From Pseudomonadota bacterium (GTDB taxonomy: Bacteria > Pseudomonadota > Gammaproteobacteria > Burkholderiales > SG8-39): a stretch of 52,704 bases of DNA. The notes under the pieces are model-generated. The model had not been told where the DNA came from. It saw nothing but the letters and a program-made list of their open reading frames with translations, and made no database searches. The stretch spans positions 1 through 52,704 of the forward strand of contig JAZDIA010000099.1 of NCBI GenBank assembly GCA_043805375.1. Direction: 5' to 3'. Below are positions 48,094 to 52,704 of this stretch, in pieces. The stretch's first letter is position 1, and every line of letters starts with the position of its first letter. Both the position numbers and the translations under genes were made by a program.

Positions 48094-48654
48094 ATGGACA
48101 GGCGCGACTGGCTCAGAGCGTTGACGGTGGCGCCCCTGGCGCTGCTCACCGGGTCGTGGCCGGCGCGATCCGCGTTTGCAAAAGGAGAAAAGGACGTGGA
48201 AGAACTGCAGAAGAACTGGAGGACTCTGCTCGCCGAAGGCGCGGACGTGGCGAGCGACACGGAGCTACTGGAACTGTCCAAGGAGGAATGGAAAAAACGC
48301 CTTTCGCCGCAGGGGTACGACGTGCTGCGGAAGGACTGCACCGAGCGTGCCGGATCGAGCGCGCTCGACCGCGAGAAGTGCCCAGGCGTGTTCGTGTGCG
48401 CGGGCTGCGGCCTGCCGCTGTTCACCTCGGCCATGAAATTCGACAGCGGCACCGGCTGGCCCAGTTTTTTCACCACCATTCCCGGCGCGATCGGCACCCG
48501 CCGCGATTTCAAGCTGATTTTCCCGCGCACCGAGTACCACTGCGCGCGCTGCGAAGGGCACCAGGGCCATCGGTTCGACGACGGCCCGGAGCCGACCGGG
48601 CTGCACTATTGCAACAACGGCGTGGCGCTGCGCTTCATTCCCAAGACCGGCTGA
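48094..48654 (+). CDS. msrB: Peptide-methionine (R)-S-oxide reductase MsrB with a Tat-like signal peptide
   Basis: MDRRDWLRAL...SAFA signal. CAGCGLPLF...GWPSF...CARCEGHQGHRFDDGP SelR motifs. AGGAGG SD. Confidence 0.9.
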   Translation: MDRRDWLRALTVAPLALLTGSWPARSAFAKGEKDVEELQKNWRTLLAEGADVASDTELLELSKEEWKKRLSPQGYDVLRKDCTERAGSSALDREKCPGVFVCAGCGLPLFTSAMKFDSGTGWPSFFTTIPGAIGTRRDFKLIFPRTEYHCARCEGHQGHRFDDGPEPTGLHYCNNGVALRFIPKTG

Positions 48655-48674
48655 GCCTGGCTGCAGCCCGGCGC

Positions 48675-49709
48675 ATGGATACCAACCAAGGCACGCCCTA
48701 CGCCGGACTCACGCCCGATTGCGTGCTCGATGCGCTCGACAGCATAGGACTGCGCGCCGACGGCCGCCTGCTGGGCCTGAACAGCTACGAAAACCGGGTG
48801 TATCAGATCTGGCTCGAGGAACAGCCCGGTCTGACATCGGGTCCGGGCCTGGCGCCCGCCGTGGTGGTGGCTAAGTTCTACCGCCCCGGGCGCTGGAGCG
48901 ATGCCCAGATACTGGAAGAGCACGGCTTCGTGCGCGAACTCGCCGAGCGCGAGCTTCCGGTGGTCTCCCCGCTCGCGCAAGACGGGCGCACCCTGCACCA
49001 ATTCGGCGGCTATCGCTTCGCCGTGTATGCGAAGCGCGGCGGCCGCGCGCCCGAGCTCGAAGACCGCGACACCCTGGAATGGATGGGCCGTTTCATCGGC
49101 CGCATCCACGCGGTCGGCGCGCTCGCGCCTTTCCTGGCGCGCCCGGCGCTCGACCTGACGAGCTTCGGCACGGAGCCGCGCGACTACCTACTCGCCCACG
49201 GATTCATTCCCCCCGATCTGGCTGCGGCTTGGACCAGCGTGGTGGCGCAGGCGCTAGCAGGCGTGAGCCGTTGTTACGAGCGCGCATGTGCGGTGAAAAA
49301 CCTAAGGCTGCACGGCGACTGCCACGCCGGCAATGTGCTCTGGACCGACAGCGCCGAGGTGCACGGCCCGCATTTCGTCGACTTCGACGATGCGCGCATG
49401 GGACCGGCGGTGCAGGACCTGTGGATGCTGCTCTCGGGCGAGCGTGCCGCCATGGCGCGCCAACTGGCCGACGTGCTTGCCGGCTACGATGATTTTCACG
49501 AATTCGATGCGCGCGAGCTGCACCTGGTGGAAGCCTTGCGCACGCTGCGCCTGGTCCATTATTCCGCCTGGATTGCCCGGCGCTGGGACGACCCCGCCTT
49601 CCCCGCGGCCTTCCCCTGGTTCAACACCCAGCGCTACTGGCAGGACCGGATCCTGGAATTGCGCGAGCAGATCGCGCTGATGGACGAGCCGCCGCTGTGG
49701 CTGGCCTGA
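48675..49709 (+). CDS. srkA: Stress-response Ser/Thr kinase SrkA (YihE/RdoA)
   Basis: LNSYENRVYQI, KFYRPGRWS, LHGDCHAGNVLW, FVDFDDARMGPAVQDLWML; collinear with E. coli YihE as recalled. Only the last 345 codons of track ORF 47157..49709. Confidence 0.9.
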   Translation: MDTNQGTPYAGLTPDCVLDALDSIGLRADGRLLGLNSYENRVYQIWLEEQPGLTSGPGLAPAVVVAKFYRPGRWSDAQILEEHGFVRELAERELPVVSPLAQDGRTLHQFGGYRFAVYAKRGGRAPELEDRDTLEWMGRFIGRIHAVGALAPFLARPALDLTSFGTEPRDYLLAHGFIPPDLAAAWTSVVAQALAGVSRCYERACAVKNLRLHGDCHAGNVLWTDSAEVHGPHFVDFDDARMGPAVQDLWMLLSGERAAMARQLADVLAGYDDFHEFDARELHLVEALRTLRLVHYSAWIARRWDDPAFPAAFPWFNTQRYWQDRILELREQIALMDEPPLWLA

Positions 49710-49776
49710 GTAAGGCGAAATATAGTCTACTAACTACAGATATGTCAGTTAATAGCCTAACAATAGCCTATATAGC

Positions 49777-49808
49777 TTGACAAACCAAGCAACATAGACT
49801 ATTAGTCT
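49777..49808 (+). promoter_or_regulatory. Candidate hipBA promoter with an overlapping palindromic operator
   Basis: TTGACA (49777-49782), 17 nt, TATTAG (49800-49805). Palindrome AGACTA-T-TAGTCT at 49796-49808. Surrounded by iterated (A/T)ATAG(C/T/A)CTA motifs across 49721-49849. Confidence 0.5.
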
Positions 49809-49848
49809 CTTACAAATGAATTTACGCTTAACGGTCTAATAATAGCCC

Positions 49849-50175
49849 ATGGGCCTTCGGCACCTCACCAACACGGAAATCTCACTGCGCCTTGCGCGGG
49901 CGATTCATGCCTGGCGGGTCTCGCCGGAGGGTGCCGGTATATCGCAGGTGGATTTGGCGCGCAAGAGTGGCATCGGCCTGACGCCGCTCAAGCGCTTCGA
50001 AAAGACGGGTGCCATCACGTTGCGGAACCTGGTGGCCCTGCTGCGCGCGCTCGATTTGCTGGACGGGCTGGAAACCCTTATTCCGGAACCTGGCACTCCA
50101 GGACCGCTCGCACTGCTCAAGGCTGAGCGGACAAAAGGCCAGCGCGTGCGCGCGCCGCGCACCTCAGCCGGCTGA
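49849..50175 (+). CDS. hipB: HipB-type XRE-family HTH antitoxin
   Basis: HTH segment ISQVDLARKSGIGLTPLKRFE. The stop lies 2 nt before the hipA ATG. Confidence 0.75.
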   Translation: MGLRHLTNTEISLRLARAIHAWRVSPEGAGISQVDLARKSGIGLTPLKRFEKTGAITLRNLVALLRALDLLDGLETLIPEPGTPGPLALLKAERTKGQRVRAPRTSAG

Positions 50176-50177
50176 GC

Positions 50178-51464
50178 ATGACCACCGTGACTGAAGTCAA
50201 AGTCGTCGAGGTGTGCATGTGGGGTGAATCAGTCGGGGCTGTAGCACCCCTGCGGGGAAAGCCTGGTTTCTACGAGTTCCAATATACGCCCGCCTTCGTG
50301 AAATCCGGCTTGGAACTGTCGCCCCTTCGGATGAAGCTGATGGCTAAGAAACGCTTCAGCTTCCCGGCGCTGAATCAAGAGACTTTCCGCGGGCTACCCG
50401 GCCTCTTGGCCGACGCCCTGCCAGACAAGTTCGGCAACGCACTCATCGACGAATACCTAACCCGTCACGGCACAAAAGCGGAGGACATCACAACGATGCA
50501 ACGCCTGCTGTATGTAGGCCGTCGCGCGATGGGCGCGCTCGAGTTCGAGCCGGCTGCCGCGCAAACGCGCAGCCCCGCCGTGGTTGTTCCTCTCGATATG
50601 GCGCATCTCGTGGAGGATGCGCGCCGCGCTCTGCGCGGAGAATTCAACAAAATTGCCCAGGACATCATGGATGTTGGCAGTTCGGCCGGCGGCGCGCGCG
50701 CCAAGGCCGTCATCGGCTGGAACCGGGATACCAATGAAGTTGTATCCGGGCAGTTTGACTTACCGGAGCGCTACGAGCACTGGCTGTTGAAGTTCGATGT
50801 CGGGGTTGACGGTGCCTTAGGCTACTCGGCCGGCTTCGGCCGCATCGAATATGCGCACTCCCTCATGGCCACGGAGGCCGGTGTCGAAATGAGCGAGTGT
50901 CGGCTCCTCGATGAGAACGGTCGTGCCCACTTCATGACCAAGCGCTTCGACCGGCGCGGGAACCACAAGGTGCATGTACAGACCTTATGCGGCCTGGCGC
51001 ATTTGGATTTCAATTCGCCCTACGTCCATGGCTACGAGCAGTACCTGAGAACGGTACTTGACTTGAAGCTCGGCGCGCCAGCCCTTGAGCAAGCGTGGCT
51101 TCGCTGTGCCTTCAATGTCGCGGTCGCGAACTGTGACGACCACACCAAGAATCTCGCATTCCTGCTGGATGACTCAGGGACTTGGAGCCTCGCGCCAGCT
51201 TACGACGCCTGCTTCGCCCACAACCCGGCCGCCGGAAGATGGACCCGGCAGCATCAGATGCTGGTTGGCGCCAAGGCGTGGGATATCACCGCCACCGACC
51301 TTGTGGCGCTAGCCAATAAGTTCGATGTCCGGCAACCGGATGCATTGCTCAAACGCGTTGCCGATGCCGTGGCCCGCTGGCCGGAATTTGCCCGCATGAC
51401 CGGCGTTCCGCAGGAGGAGACTGAGCGCATCGCGTCATATCATCCCGTCTGGGCGAAGGGGTGA
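50178..51464 (+). CDS. hipA: HipA-family Ser/Thr kinase toxin
   Basis: HipA N-terminal coupling region (LSPLRM..., LPGLLADALPDKFG), SSAGGARAK P-loop-like motif, catalytic CDDHTKNLAFLL. 428 aa. Confidence 0.85.
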   Translation: MTTVTEVKVVEVCMWGESVGAVAPLRGKPGFYEFQYTPAFVKSGLELSPLRMKLMAKKRFSFPALNQETFRGLPGLLADALPDKFGNALIDEYLTRHGTKAEDITTMQRLLYVGRRAMGALEFEPAAAQTRSPAVVVPLDMAHLVEDARRALRGEFNKIAQDIMDVGSSAGGARAKAVIGWNRDTNEVVSGQFDLPERYEHWLLKFDVGVDGALGYSAGFGRIEYAHSLMATEAGVEMSECRLLDENGRAHFMTKRFDRRGNHKVHVQTLCGLAHLDFNSPYVHGYEQYLRTVLDLKLGAPALEQAWLRCAFNVAVANCDDHTKNLAFLLDDSGTWSLAPAYDACFAHNPAAGRWTRQHQMLVGAKAWDITATDLVALANKFDVRQPDALLKRVADAVARWPEFARMTGVPQEETERIASYHPVWAKG

Positions 51465-51559
51465 CCTGGCGCCGACCAGGTTTCCCCTTGGGTCTGTCCG
51501 CGAATAGTGTTGGTTTTGCTTTGCACAACCACCATCATTGTGACTTCGCGCGGCGAGAC

Positions 51560-52375
51560 ACCAGGCGTGTGCGCGATCGCTCGGGCGAGGCGTTGCGGTT
51601 TCGCTCCTCGCTGGTGCCACGCTACGTGCGCCGATCCAGGAGCCTGGATGCCGTGCTGCCGTGGCCGTACTTGAAGGGCGTATCTACTGGGAACATGAGT
51701 GAAGCGTTGGCGGCGCTGGTGGGCAAGGAGGCCACGGGGCTGTCGGCAACGGTGGTCTCCCGGCTCAAAGCGCGCTGGGTAGGCGAATACGATGCTTGGA
51801 AGCGCCACTCTCTGGCCAAGGAGCGCTGGGTGTACCTGTGGGCTGACGGCATCTACTCGGGAATCCGGGCCGAGGAGGAACGGCTGTGCCTGCTGGTGGT
51901 GATCGGGGTGAATGAGCGGGGCCGGAAGCGGTTTCTCGCGATTCCCAAGTCGCTGCAGGCGAAGGCCAAATCGATGCTGCACGAGATTTGGATGGCCGAA
52001 ACCCGAACTGCTGCCCATACGGCGTTTGATCGGTTCACCGAGAATTTCCAAGCGAAGTACCCCAAGGCTACCGAATGCTTGGTGAAGGACCGCAAGAGTC
52101 TGCTTGCATTCTACGATTTTCCTGCCGAGCATTGGGCTCATATCCGCACCACCAACCCGATTTTGAGTCGACCTTCGCCACCGTCAGACATCGCACCGAT
52201 CAGACCAAGGGCTGTGCATCACGCGCAACATTGATCGCGCTGGTCTATAAGCTTGGAATGAGCGCGCAGACGAGCTGGCAGCGGCTGCGCGGATTCCGCC
52301 TGCTCGGCGAAGTCCTCGCGGGGGTGAAATTCGTTGACGGTGTGCATGCGCGGCCGCGCACGCACACCGAAAAGA
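51560..52375 (+). mobile_element. Degraded IS256/Mutator-family transposase gene: 5'-truncated, internally deleted, frameshifted, no intact 3' end
   Basis: RVRDRSGEALRFRSSLVPRYVRRSRSLDAVLPWPYLKGVSTG...WVYLWADGIY...LLVVIGV then a jump to LQAKAKSMLHEIWMAE...FYDFPAEHWAHIRTTNPI. Frame switch in the T-run at 52161-52164, then ESTFATVRHRT...GVKFVDGV. Confidence 0.8.
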
Positions 52376-52386
52376 GCATTCAGCAG

Positions 52387-52485
52387 GTCGCCGGCATGGA
52401 ACGCAACCACCTGCTGCTCCAGCAAGTCGAGCAGACGGGCAAAATGCCTGTGCTCGGCATACCACAGGGCAATCGAATCAGACAT
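52387..52485 (-). pseudogene. 5' stub (about 33 codons) of a hemerythrin-like (HHE cation-binding) gene, truncated at the IS remnant
   Basis: MSDSIALWYAEHRHFARLLDLLEQQVVAFHAGD resembles the N-terminus of hemerythrin-domain proteins. Beyond it the frame reads the antisense of the transposase remnant. Confidence 0.5.
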
Positions 52486-52704
52486 GCGACCTCCGACGAG
52501 ATATCAGAAAAGGGAAGCGGGCTAACCGAACTTAGCGGATTCGCGTTCCATTTTGGATTATCGCGCAGTGTAACCCGTTGTTTTGTCTAAGCGCGAGGGC
52601 GGCGAATCGCGCAGAAGTGGCTGTAGTGAAGACCTTACCTCTGGCGTGCGGCGGATTTGTGCGGATAATCGAGTGCCAAGATGTTTCTGCGCGCCACCAC
52701 TCGC

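Noticed and set aside
47157-48674. The 5' two-thirds of the 850-aa track ORF 47157..49709 (+)
   Set aside because: It runs antisense through mlaF and out of frame across msrB, with an Arg/Ala/Gly-rich low-complexity translation. Only the last 345 codons (48675-49709) match the SrkA/YihE kinase.
1-52704. CRISPR arrays, rRNA genes, additional tRNAs, prophage or integrase genes
   Set aside because: No regularly spaced direct repeats, rRNA-like segments or further cloverleaf candidates were noticed on manual reading. The only transposase-like sequence is the degraded IS256-family remnant.

Overview
High-GC chromosomal segment. Its gene content and order look betaproteobacterial; that assignment is an inference from synteny recalled from memory, not a search. 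Most of the window is housekeeping. On the + strand: ybbA-ybbP, rmuC, and the heat-shock cluster hrcA-hemH-grpE-dnaK-dnaJ, which carries three sigma32-type promoters. Also on the + strand: a TPR/L,D-transpeptidase pair, ppiB, lpxH, msrB and srkA. On the - strand: recN-nadK, cysS, the block purF-cvpA-SPOR-folC / accD-trpA-[DNA methyltransferase]-trpB-trpF-truA, then fimV, asd, leuBDC, aroC and an mlaF-like ATPase. Three small patches are accessory: (i) vapBC plus a SLOG/'molybdenum-carrier'-like gene beside tRNA-Val(GAC) at 5.9-7.6 kb; (ii) an orphan mlaF-like ATPase abutting a truncated DMT-transporter remnant at about 47 kb; (iii) hipBA, a multiply damaged IS256-family transposase remnant and a hemerythrin-like gene stub at 49.7-52.5 kb. 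The most unusual signal is non-coding. A composite multi-hairpin repeat family occurs three times in the same orientation (16808-17145, 26317-26551, 40537-40740). Its long stem shows structure-preserving compensatory substitutions between copies, and one copy splits accD from folC. A second, smaller hairpin family (741-790 and 34620-34647) shares the TTGCGCG/CGCGCAA-type stems and an ACGGATG motif. I could not assign either family to a named element. No rRNA genes or CRISPR arrays were seen. Many long ORFs in the supplied track are high-GC antisense or alternate-frame artefacts and were rejected.
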